NCBI GenBank assembly: GCA_041649475.1
Contig: JBAZNA010000001.1
Location: forward strand, 124,267 to 188,266
Direction: 5' to 3'
Source of the DNA: Patescibacteria group bacterium
GTDB lineage: Bacteria > Patescibacteriota > Patescibacteriia > Magasanikbacterales > GWA2-37-8
Length of the DNA stretch: 64,000 nucleotides
The notes under the pieces were generated by a model. It was not told where the DNA came from. It worked only from the letters and a program-made list of their open reading frames with translations, and did not search any database. This document shows, piece after piece, positions 48,510 to 57,540 of this stretch; position 1 is the stretch's first letter; every line of letters begins with the position of its first letter. A program made the position numbers and the translations under genes.

Positions 48510-49460
48510 ATGGCTCGGCACCCCTCTACGTCGGCAATGGCAAGCCGCCCAGCTCCACAGGAGCCCGTGCGACTCCTCTCCGTTCCAACCGTTTCAGAGC
48601 CAGCGGTTCAGCATTCTCCTCCCGTCCACGGATTGCATTCCTGGGAGGGCCACACCTCCGCGGGCATCCGCTGGCGGGTACACAGAGGAGATGCGCGACA
48701 AGTCATGGCGACCATACCAGAAAAAAGCTTCAACTGCGTCGTCACTTCTCCGCCCTACTACTGGCAACGCGACTACAACGTTCCAGGCCAGCTTGGGCTG
48801 GAACCGACCCCTGACGCGTACGTTGCCGCGATTGCGGACGCCATGGACGAGGTCCGTCGCCTCCTTCGCAAGGATGGCCTTCTCTTCCTCAACCTTGGCG
48901 ACACGTACTACTCCAAGAAAGGCAAGCCGAAAGGACGCGACAAGAAGAATTGGGCTCGCCGCTTTGGTCGTCTCAGAGCAGTCGACACGAGCGGGTTGGG
49001 CTTACCCAGAAAAACAGCCATTGGCATTCCGTGGCAGGTCGCGCTATGCATGATTTCTCGGGGGTGGACACTCCGCTCTCCAATTATCTGGAAGCGCGAG
49101 CACGCTCAACCAGAACCCACTGCGCGCGACCGTCCCTGGCGGTCATATGAGATGATGTTCATGTTTAGCAGGAATCCCGTATACTACTTCTCTCGCGCTG
49201 CTCTTCAGGGCGAAGAGGATATCTGGACTGTACACTCGCAATCAAAGCATACGGACAAGCTCCGTTCGGCCTATTTTCCCGAACAGCTCGTACGAAGGTG
49301 TCTCGAGATAGGGTGTCCCCCCCATGGTGAGGTGCTAGACCCTTTCGCAGGGAGCGGCACAGTGCTCCGTGCAGCGGTCGCAGCCGGTCGGCCAGCGACT
49401 GGGATCGACCTCAGTGATTCCTACTGCAAATTCATGGCGGGCGATCTGAAAAAACTGTGA
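48510..49460 (+). CDS. DNA methyltransferase (N6-adenine/N4-cytosine, beta-class), orphan or R-M remnant
   Basis: Motif IV TSPPYY precedes motif I VLDPFAGSGTV (N6_N4_Mtase family); start uncertain (48510 or later ATG). Confidence 0.8.
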   Translation: MARHPSTSAMASRPAPQEPVRLLSVPTVSEPAVQHSPPVHGLHSWEGHTSAGIRWRVHRGDARQVMATIPEKSFNCVVTSPPYYWQRDYNVPGQLGLEPTPDAYVAAIADAMDEVRRLLRKDGLLFLNLGDTYYSKKGKPKGRDKKNWARRFGRLRAVDTSGLGLPRKTAIGIPWQVALCMISRGWTLRSPIIWKREHAQPEPTARDRPWRSYEMMFMFSRNPVYYFSRAALQGEEDIWTVHSQSKHTDKLRSAYFPEQLVRRCLEIGCPPHGEVLDPFAGSGTVLRAAVAAGRPATGIDLSDSYCKFMAGDLKKL

Positions 49461-51337
49461 GCACCCGACCAGCATACATATCTCTGCCCCAGCTTCGGTC
49501 CTCGCTGGACCGCCTCAAGCTGGTGCACCCCTTCTTTGGGATCGCATTCCTCAGCTTCAAGCTCACGCACTTGCCTGTTGGCCGTTCCACGACACTCAAC
49601 TTCTCATCAATAAACCGAGAGTTTCTCAACAGCCACTTTCGTGTGTCCTCATCCTACGCCGGCTACTATCACCCATTTCAATCCGTCACCGGTTGGGTCG
49701 CCCCGGAGTATTCGCGCACCTCGCTGCAGAGAATCTGCGCGGACACGTTCAAGGATGCGTTCATTCATCCGAATGGAACGTCCCTGTGGGGATTCGCCAG
49801 GGGATACGTTGACGCCCTAGTCCGTCATTTGTCCCGAACCAAGATACCGTTGTTCGACCTAGCCGTTTGGATCTATCGGACAGTAGAGTGGAAAACCACA
49901 GTAGCGCCCGCTGACCTGCGCGCGAGATTGGTTAGCGAATTCGGAATCACAGATGACGAGCGTTCCAACTTGTTCGACGAATCTGCCGGCCCGATCACTG
50001 ATTGGCGCTCCGCCAGTCCTCTCTCAGAGGACGAGATCATTTCGCTCACCGGCCTACCCCCAGGCACGCCGCCCAAGACCGGCGCGGCGCTTCGCTTCCT
50101 GGCGGTAACAGGGGTCGGGCCCGCTAGGAGCCTTCGTTATGAGCCTGGTCCGAAGCTCAACATAGTCACGGGCGACAACAGTCTAGGCAAGACATTCCTC
50201 CTAGAACTAATCTGGAGTGCGCTTACAGGCAACTGGCGGGAATGTGCGCTACTCCCCCGCGAAAACGCATCGAAGTCCGGGTCGCGAGTTGTCTACGGCG
50301 TTACAACGGGACTCGCCAGTTTGCACGAAACCACAGTAACCTACGACTGGGCGCGGCAAGCCTGGCAGGGCAGCCTCAAGCCAACTGCTTTGCCCGGGCT
50401 TGTGATTTTCGCCCGATTCGATGGCTCCTTCTCCGTATGGGATCCCGCTCAGACAGCCAAGGACTCACCTAGTCCAGGGCTTCGGTTCTCGCGGAGCGAC
50501 ATTTGGGACGGTCTGGCTCTGGACATCGGTGGTGAGAGGCGCCCGGTGTGTAATGGCCTAGTGAGAGACTGGGTAACCTGGCAGACTTCGCCTCGACATC
50601 AGGACAAATTCGCAGCCTTGCGGGCCGCCCTGAGTTGCATGTCGCCAGCTCCTAACGAGGAAATCAGGCCGGCTGAGCCAACGCGGCTTCCCTCGGACAG
50701 TAGGGAGATTCCTACGGTTGAGATGTCGTACGGGATCGTGCCAGTCTTACACGCCTCAGCTGGCGTACAGAGGATAATCGCACTTGCCTATTTCCTTGTC
50801 TGGGCCTGGTACGAGCACCTTGCGCTGACGTCACGCATGCGGCGGGAACCACAACGGAGGATCATACTGCTCATTGACGAGATAGAAGCTCACCTTCACC
50901 CACGTTGGCAGAGGGTCATCGTTCCTGCCCTGATGGCGGCTGTCGAGAAGATCGAGGCATCCGTTGCGCTGCAGATTCACCTAGCCACACATTCACCGTT
51001 AGTACTGGCCTCCGCAGAAACCACGTTCTCGAGCAAGACGGACTGTCTGCATCACTTGTCGCTCGAGGCAAACACCGTACGGCTCGAGACGCTCGAGTTC
51101 GTGAAGCGTGGGCGCGCCGACCTTTGGCTTATGTCCAGTGTGTTTGGCCTTGCACAGCCGCGTTCCGTTCCCGCGGAGGCCGCAATGCACGATGCGAAGT
51201 CGCTGCAGCTTAAGGGCGAATCAGATCCGAAGGTGATCGCCGAGGTTCACGCGCGCCTGAAGGCCAATCTGCCGCAGGATGATGAGTTCTGGCCCAGGTG
51301 GCTCTATTGGGCGGAGCAGCGCGGGGTGAAGGATTGA
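49457..51337 (+). CDS. ptuA: Septu PtuA-like AAA (ABC/AAA_15-type) ATPase
   Basis: Walker A GDNSLGKTFLLE, Walker B ILLIDEIEAHLHP, LATHSP H-loop; followed by an HNH partner. Confidence 0.7.
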   Translation: MSTRPAYISLPQLRSSLDRLKLVHPFFGIAFLSFKLTHLPVGRSTTLNFSSINREFLNSHFRVSSSYAGYYHPFQSVTGWVAPEYSRTSLQRICADTFKDAFIHPNGTSLWGFARGYVDALVRHLSRTKIPLFDLAVWIYRTVEWKTTVAPADLRARLVSEFGITDDERSNLFDESAGPITDWRSASPLSEDEIISLTGLPPGTPPKTGAALRFLAVTGVGPARSLRYEPGPKLNIVTGDNSLGKTFLLELIWSALTGNWRECALLPRENASKSGSRVVYGVTTGLASLHETTVTYDWARQAWQGSLKPTALPGLVIFARFDGSFSVWDPAQTAKDSPSPGLRFSRSDIWDGLALDIGGERRPVCNGLVRDWVTWQTSPRHQDKFAALRAALSCMSPAPNEEIRPAEPTRLPSDSREIPTVEMSYGIVPVLHASAGVQRIIALAYFLVWAWYEHLALTSRMRREPQRRIILLIDEIEAHLHPRWQRVIVPALMAAVEKIEASVALQIHLATHSPLVLASAETTFSSKTDCLHHLSLEANTVRLETLEFVKRGRADLWLMSSVFGLAQPRSVPAEAAMHDAKSLQLKGESDPKVIAEVHARLKANLPQDDEFWPRWLYWAEQRGVKD

Positions 51338-51966
51338 TCCGGGTCGGCCGCCAACCGGAACCCGACGACTTCGACGTGCGAGTGCGCAAACGCGGCAAGG
51401 CGTTTCTTGCGCGCGTTCCGCACCCGACCCCGAAGGAGTGGGCGAATCACGACTACTGGGTCGACATCCTCGGCGAACTTCACTCGCGGTACACTCGTAT
51501 CTGCGCCTATAGCTGTCTGCGCATACCCTACGTTGACGGCAGGAGTGTCGACCACTTTCATCCAAAGGCCAAGTATCCAGGCTCCGCATATGAATGGGAC
51601 AACTACCGCCTGGTCTTTTCCACACTCAATGGCAGGAAGGGGACCTACGAGGATGTCCTCGATCCATTCGAGGTCGAGGATGGGTGGTTCATGATTGAGT
51701 TCCCGTCGCTGCTGGTCCGCCCTTCGCCGACCCTGACACCTGGCTTGCGGAGCAAGGTGATTAATACCTGCAAGCATCTTGGTCTCAATGAAGAGGACAC
51801 GTGCCTTCGGGAGCGGTATGACTACGTTCGACTGTACTGTCGGAACCTGGCCAGTAGCGACGAGGGAATTCCGTGGGCTACCCTGGTTTCCTGGGCTCCA
51901 TTTCTTGCAAGAGAGTTGGATCGTCAAGGGCTTCGTGGCACAATCAACCAGATCATGAATCTGTAG
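51298..51966 (+). CDS. ptuB: Septu PtuB-like HNH endonuclease (TIGR02646-type)
   Basis: CAYSC...DHFHPKAKYP...WDNYRLVFSTLNGRKG matches the HNH/TIGR02646 pattern; possible TTG start at 51334 overlapping the ptuA stop. Confidence 0.7.
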   Translation: MALLGGAARGEGLIRVGRQPEPDDFDVRVRKRGKAFLARVPHPTPKEWANHDYWVDILGELHSRYTRICAYSCLRIPYVDGRSVDHFHPKAKYPGSAYEWDNYRLVFSTLNGRKGTYEDVLDPFEVEDGWFMIEFPSLLVRPSPTLTPGLRSKVINTCKHLGLNEEDTCLRERYDYVRLYCRNLASSDEGIPWATLVSWAPFLARELDRQGLRGTINQIMNL

Positions 51967-52307
51967 TTCGGCAACGGGGCTTCTGATAGCTGGCCAATCG
52001 CTCGCCTATCGCTTCCATCAGGACCGAACAATCCGCCTACAGGACGTGGGGCCTCCGCCCCAGAGTGCAACGTATCGCCCTCAAGGTGCTTGCCCAGAGG
52101 TCCGCCGCTAGCGACCGTGCATCAGTCTGCGTTTGGCTGCTCAGTACTCTCAATCAGCTCTCCCGGAGAGCAGAGCTCCAAGTTCTAAGGGGTGTGGATC
52201 CCATCCTGCGCAGGAACAGCCTAATCGCGTGTCCAGGTTAGACGTGAACTTGAACACGGGGCAGATCCATGCCATCGCAGCGTGGCTCAGTGTTGCCGCT
52301 CATGTCA

Positions 52308-52937
52308 TCAGCTACACCCGCAGCTCCCTTGGGGGAACCTCACTTGATGACGTCGCCCTCCGAGGGTTGCGCAAGCGCGGTCATCCTCGGCGTTGCGAAG
52401 CGCGGGCAGCACACTCAGCGGCAACCACCTGCGGATGGCCCCTTGCCCTCCAGTGTTGTCGGGGTTATCCCCACCGTAGATGAACCACTCGTAGTCCGCA
52501 TCCCGTACGGGAGGTCCTGCTAGTTCTGGCTTCGGCCGGAAGAGATAGGTCAGCTTGGCCACCATTGGCCTCGACGCCACCAGGCATCCGCCGAGCAGGG
52601 CAACATGCGCTTCGTTCTGCTCAAAGTCGCTCAGGTATACGCAGATGCTGATGATCGCATCATTGCCCGGCGTCAATTGCATTCTCCACGATGGGGAGGT
52701 GTAATTGTCGCCGGGCACATCATCCTCCAAGGGACGAGCCAGACCATCCCAGAAGTCCTCAATGCGAAGCTGTCGCTCTGAGTCGGGAAGCGTCGGATCC
52801 AGGATCAAGCGCAAACCGAAAAGCAGGTTCGATTTGCCGACCTTGTTTGCCCCGACTACGACGATATTCTCGCCGAGATCGCATGCCGCGTCTGAGAAGT
52901 TGCGGAAATTGTGTGGTTCAATTCTGCTTAGCCTCAT
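52308..52937 (-). pseudogene. AAA ATPase N-terminal region (OLD/Gabija GajA-like AAA_15), apparently truncated at 209 aa
   Basis: MRLSRIEPHNFRNF...VVVGANKVGKSNLLFGLRLIL; no downstream continuation ORF, so a fragment or degraded gene. Confidence 0.4.
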
Positions 52938-52996
52938 TCCTGAATTACAAACCTGCTATTGCAAGGCGGTCAACATGTCGGCTGCCACTATGTGTG

Positions 52997-53026
52997 TTGA
53001 CCGGACACTCTCTGTCGTTGTATGAT
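52997..53026 (+). promoter_or_regulatory. Sigma-70-like promoter TTGACC-N18-TATGAT; start codon about 10 nt downstream (leaderless)
   Basis: Same architecture as the 60861..60890 promoter for the paralogous gene. Confidence 0.4.
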
Positions 53027-53035
53027 TACCAATGT

Positions 53036-53452
53036 ATGAGTAGTTCACCATCTCAGTCTTCACTGCATCCGCGAATCGCAATAACGAAACAACGTCTCTG
53101 GTATCTCTACTGCTTTGCGAGTCTCAACAAGTCAGATATCGAGCGCCTCACCAAGTGGTCTCGAGGAATGATCGATTACCGACTTCACCAGTGGAACCTC
53201 ACCCTGCGTTCCTCCATCTCGCTCGCAACGTGGAGGTGGATGGAATGGCGACTCGCCCGTCGCCTCAACATCCCGCGTCAACCCGACACCGTTGGAAGTT
53301 TGGAGGCCTGGCGAGCCCGCTTCTGCGACCAGTTGCGCGGTCGTCTTCTGGACAAGCCGATCAACTGGGCCGAGATTGACCGTGATCCAGGGTTGCGGGA
53401 GATTGAGGCCCATCTGTCAGAGAACCAATCTCAGACAGCAGAAGGGTTCTAA
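53036..53452 (+). CDS. Hypothetical Trp-rich helical protein, paralog of 60901..61287
   Basis: ITKQRLWYLYCFASLNKSDIERLTKW... conserved with the second copy. Confidence 0.5.
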   Translation: MSSSPSQSSLHPRIAITKQRLWYLYCFASLNKSDIERLTKWSRGMIDYRLHQWNLTLRSSISLATWRWMEWRLARRLNIPRQPDTVGSLEAWRARFCDQLRGRLLDKPINWAEIDRDPGLREIEAHLSENQSQTAEGF

Positions 53453-53797
53453 GATCCTCCTTTCTTGTCCACACCGCAACGAGTAGGCAAGGCCTCGGCA
53501 TTTGCCTCAACTCAGCCAATTCATCCGAGCAAAAAGGGCCTTTGTCACCCATCGCTGGGGATTGCCTGTCAAACCGATTTGGCTACATTGAGCCAGATTC
53601 ATGTTCAATTCCACCTGGCTATCTCGGATTAGAGCGAGGGTGGCGGCGCGCGCGCATTCCCGGTTGCCAGCGGCCTTGTCGGTGATCGCGTCTTTGTGCT
53701 ACACTTATATAAGTCGGGGAGCGATCCTCCGCACGAGGACAGCCATGGCACCAGTTGCCGAGCGCGACAACTGTGGGTTCAACAGGGGAGGACTGCG

Positions 53798-54547
53798 ATG
53801 ATGACCAAGATCCCTCCACTCGTTTCCCTGGTGGCACTGTTTCTTTCATCTGGCTGCATGTCTGGGCCGCCCCCGGAGGAAACCTGGTACGACCCTCCTA
53901 CGACGTACACCTACTCGATTGTGGTTGACACGGACGAGCATGGCAACTTCTATACCGAGTTCTCGGACGGAACCTACTTCACGGATTACGCTTCGTACGA
54001 GAGCTACGTGCCTCAGTTTGTTCTCGATGAGGCCTACTACTACGGCTACGAGCCCCCGGTTCAGCTCGGTGAATACATCTCCGGACTCGCCGAGGAAGGG
54101 TACTCTTACCCCAACACTGAGTCAGGGACAGACCAAACCACCGCCGACATTGGCGACGGCATCTCCCGTAGCGTCCATGAACTCGTTCTCCGTATCGGCA
54201 ACTACATCGTCACTACCGGTCCCCTTGCTAATGGAGCCCATGTAGCAGGATGCATTGGTCAAGTTACCGACTATAAGTACAATATTCGCCTGAATCGAAA
54301 GAACCCGTCAGCCAAGCTCTTCGACCTGCATCTGGCGACTTACACCAAGGGTGGTCAATGGTGTTTCGGCGCATATGAGAGTCAACGCAACCTCATTGAC
54401 TACTGTACCTGCGCTTACATAGACAAGGATGGGTTGCGCGACATAATAATCACGGTAGCCGTTGGTGCAGCCGTCTTAGATATAGCGGCTGCAATTATCG
54501 CCGACATCGCAGCGCCTATCGTTGCATTGGCGATTCTGGGCCTCTAG
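53798..54547 (+). CDS. Lipoprotein with Tyr/acidic-rich region and C-terminal hydrophobic helix
   Basis: ORF 53696..54547; RBS GGGAGG then ATG 53798; LSSGC lipobox. Confidence 0.5.
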   Translation: MMTKIPPLVSLVALFLSSGCMSGPPPEETWYDPPTTYTYSIVVDTDEHGNFYTEFSDGTYFTDYASYESYVPQFVLDEAYYYGYEPPVQLGEYISGLAEEGYSYPNTESGTDQTTADIGDGISRSVHELVLRIGNYIVTTGPLANGAHVAGCIGQVTDYKYNIRLNRKNPSAKLFDLHLATYTKGGQWCFGAYESQRNLIDYCTCAYIDKDGLRDIIITVAVGAAVLDIAAAIIADIAAPIVALAILGL

Positions 54548-54582
54548 TCTCACTACTCACATCTGCATTTCACGCTCGTGGT

Positions 54583-54987
54583 ATGCCTTTCGCAATATAC
54601 ATCGAGAGAAGGGATTACGACATTGTCATCGGATGGCGGGACAAGCAAATGGCCACCGTCCGTTTTGTGTTTGAAGGCTGGAAGGACAGGACGGCGGCAG
54701 ACAGGTTTCACGAAAGCATCAGCTACCTGGACGCTGAAACCGCTGCCAAGAGAAACCCGGGGCCAGATGGCATGTATTGCATCAGGTGCCGCGGCAAGGG
54801 CGAACCGACAAGAGACGCTGTTCTAGAGGTGACCTACGACAACGCGCTATGTGACCCCGAGAAGCTGGACATGTTTTTCGCGACGAGTGGGGTCGCTGTA
54901 CACCATGCCGATCCTTTCTTCAAACCTGTGAAGAGCCTGTGGCAGGCATTGGCCCAGCGTCGGATTCCCAAACCGAAAGCTAATTAG
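54583..54987 (+). CDS. Hypothetical protein
   Basis: 134-aa ORF. Confidence 0.4.
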   Translation: MPFAIYIERRDYDIVIGWRDKQMATVRFVFEGWKDRTAADRFHESISYLDAETAAKRNPGPDGMYCIRCRGKGEPTRDAVLEVTYDNALCDPEKLDMFFATSGVAVHHADPFFKPVKSLWQALAQRRIPKPKAN

Positions 54988-55023
54988 GTTCCGTCTCATC
55001 CCCAGAACTGACATCCGTCGCCT

Positions 55024-55134
55024 GGGTTCTAACATAGTCCATCCACGCCCGCATCGTGAGACAACGTCCAACCGCTCGTCACCGCGCCGCAATGCAAGGA
55101 CCACCGCAGCTGCAGAGCGGTGGTCTTTCGTTTG
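55024..55134 (+). ncRNA. Candidate structured RNA / attenuator element, copy B
   Basis: GGGTTCTAA...GCCCGCATCGTGAGACA...GACCACCGC-N9-GCGGTGGTC-TTTCGTTTG; 36 nt after the upstream stop, 66 nt before the PP2C start. Confidence 0.4.
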
Positions 55135-55200
55135 TCCAGGCGCGCCATTCAGATGCCGCGCCGGACCTCGCGGTCGGATCGCGTAGGCGTGTCGGGCGAG

Positions 55201-56427
55201 ATGGCTTGCAGCGGCGCGTCCAGGCGCCTACCATCGCCCCCAATGGCGCCTGTCACAGATCTTGAGGATCTCGTCCGAAGATGGGTTGCGGGGTCGGGAA
55301 ACGGTGCGCAGCCCGCAGCCGATCAATCCTCGTTCTCCCTCGGCTCTCAAGCAGGCCTTGTCCGGAAGGAGAACCAAGATCGTGTTGCCCATGCGCGCTT
55401 CTACTTTGGTGGTGAGCCCGCCTCGCTCTCCATCGTGTGTGATGGGATCGGCGGCATGGCCGACGGTGCGCGATGTGCCGATTTGGCAATAGGGGCGTTC
55501 CTTTGCAGCGTTGTCGCTTCGTCGCCCGCCCGTGGCCCAGAGGCGCTGCTAGCCCACGCCGCATTCGTCGCCAACTCCCGTGTCTTCGACCTCGTCGGTG
55601 GCCGAGGCGGCACTACCTTGGCGTCAGTGCTCTGCTGGGCGGGACAGGAGTTCGCGTGCCACGTCGGCGACAGTCGCGTGTATGCAACCGCCCCTGACGG
55701 CACCCTTCCTCAAGTCGGAGTCGACGACACCTTCCAGGCTCGTCTTCAGGCGATGGCGGCGCCCGCGGCGCACCAGCCCCTCGACTCCGAGCGCCTGGTC
55801 CAGTATGTCGGCATGGGCTCAGACATGGAGCCACATGTGAAGAAGATCGAGGTGCCCGCCGACGGCAGGATTCTACTCACCTCTGATGGCGTACACGGCC
55901 CCGCAGGATCTGTCCTGCCGACTCTGGTTCGCCATGCATCGACGCCGCGCAGGCTCGTCGAACGCGTGCTCGCGCTTACCTTGTGGCTCGGTGGTCTCGA
56001 CAATGCAACGGCCCTCTGCATCTTCCGAGCGTCAACTGGTGGGGAGGCCGAGGCAGGGATCAGAGATCAGCTGCTTTGTGAAGTATGGAGTCCGGCCGGA
56101 AGATTGGTCGTTCCGCTACTCGGTCGAGATTCTCTGACTCAGACGAAGCGAGCGGTGCCGATGCCAGAGCCACGCCGCTCCTCTGATCCCCACACCCACG
56201 GACGTCGATCGAAGGGGAAGCCCCGGGGCGGGACGCGAGAGCGCGCGAAAGCTCCCCCGCAGACCCCGCCCGCGAGCCAGCTCTCCATCGAGGTGGTGGT
56301 CGGCGACACGCCCCAGACCGCAGCGAGTAGTAGCCCACCGTCAGTTCAGGACACGACCCGCGACAGCGCGAGTAATCCTCACTCGACCTCCGGCGATGCA
56401 GACAGTGCGAAGCCGCACGGCAAGTGA
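55201..56427 (+). CDS. PP2C-family Ser/Thr protein phosphatase with low-complexity C-terminal tail
   Basis: VCDGIGGMADG, HVGDSRVY, LLTSDGV metal-binding motifs. Confidence 0.8.
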   Translation: MACSGASRRLPSPPMAPVTDLEDLVRRWVAGSGNGAQPAADQSSFSLGSQAGLVRKENQDRVAHARFYFGGEPASLSIVCDGIGGMADGARCADLAIGAFLCSVVASSPARGPEALLAHAAFVANSRVFDLVGGRGGTTLASVLCWAGQEFACHVGDSRVYATAPDGTLPQVGVDDTFQARLQAMAAPAAHQPLDSERLVQYVGMGSDMEPHVKKIEVPADGRILLTSDGVHGPAGSVLPTLVRHASTPRRLVERVLALTLWLGGLDNATALCIFRASTGGEAEAGIRDQLLCEVWSPAGRLVVPLLGRDSLTQTKRAVPMPEPRRSSDPHTHGRRSKGKPRGGTRERAKAPPQTPPASQLSIEVVVGDTPQTAASSSPPSVQDTTRDSASNPHSTSGDADSAKPHGK

Positions 56428-56448
56428 GGCGATCAGGGGGCAGCTGCG

Positions 56449-57540
56449 ATGATCTACGGTGGCCGATACGAGAGCATTGGTACCTCTGGAAGCTCGGGGG
56501 GTACGGGCACGGTCGTGATCTGCGAGGATCCGAACCTCAAGCGCAAGGTCGTGATCAAGTTTCTGCAGGCAGTCAGCCAGAAGCGGCGCATCTACGACGA
56601 GATTCGCGCTCTTCAGCGCGTTCGGTCGAAACACGTCGTTCAAATCTACGACATCGTCGTGCTGCAGCCGGGCAACCAACTCGGCATCGTGCAAGAGTAC
56701 CTTCCTGGCGAGGATCTTCTTGCTGTGGCGGCGTCGAAACCCAATCTCGACAAGTACCTCCTGCTCCTGTACCAAGTCGCCTGCGGGCTCGCCGACATCC
56801 ATGATCTCGCCATCATCCATCGCGACGTGAAGCCCAACAACATCAAGCTTGATGAGGAGGGCTTGGCGAGGATCTTCGATTTCGACTTGGCCAGAACCGG
56901 CGGCGGAGACGCCAAGACGGTCGGTTTCATCGGGACCCCTGGGTTTGCCGCTCCGGAACTCTACCCCGGGTATGGTGGAGGAGGTACGGTGGCCTTCACG
57001 GAGGCCGTCGATGTTTACGCATTTGGCGCCACTGCTCTCTACTGCGCTGAGAACGACCTTCCGGCCGAGCTTGCTCGACATCCAGACCCTCCCGACCCTG
57101 ACGCGTGGGTGGCTCGTCAGGGGTTCTCTGGTGTGCGAGTGAAGCTCCCGGCACAGGTCGCGGACGTGTTGAACGCCTGCATTGCGCGCGACATTCGCTA
57201 TCGTCCCAAGTTGGCTCAGGTAAGGACTGTGTTGGGGGCGTATCTTGTTCGAGGGAAACACCGAGCCCTTCTTGTTCACCGTGGAAAGACATTCGTTTGC
57301 GACGAGAAGCAAGCTGCCGTTCGCCTCGCGTCAACAGGTGTTGGAGAGATCCACGTTGGCTACGACGGGCTGGGCTTCGGCGTTACATTCGTTCGCGGCG
57401 ATGTGTGGATCAATAACCAAGTGGCGAGCACAGGCGCGACAATCCCGGGTTCCTGTGTGATCACCATCGGGGCGCCCCGCCTGGGGCCTGCGCGTGACTT
57501 TATCACGCTCGACACATCTCATCCGGAGGTCGTCCTGTGA
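56449..57540 (+). CDS. Hanks-type Ser/Thr protein kinase
   Basis: VIKF (VAIK-like), IIHRDVKPNNI, DFDLAR, GTPGFAAPE. Confidence 0.8.
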   Translation: MIYGGRYESIGTSGSSGGTGTVVICEDPNLKRKVVIKFLQAVSQKRRIYDEIRALQRVRSKHVVQIYDIVVLQPGNQLGIVQEYLPGEDLLAVAASKPNLDKYLLLLYQVACGLADIHDLAIIHRDVKPNNIKLDEEGLARIFDFDLARTGGGDAKTVGFIGTPGFAAPELYPGYGGGGTVAFTEAVDVYAFGATALYCAENDLPAELARHPDPPDPDAWVARQGFSGVRVKLPAQVADVLNACIARDIRYRPKLAQVRTVLGAYLVRGKHRALLVHRGKTFVCDEKQAAVRLASTGVGEIHVGYDGLGFGVTFVRGDVWINNQVASTGATIPGSCVITIGAPRLGPARDFITLDTSHPEVVL

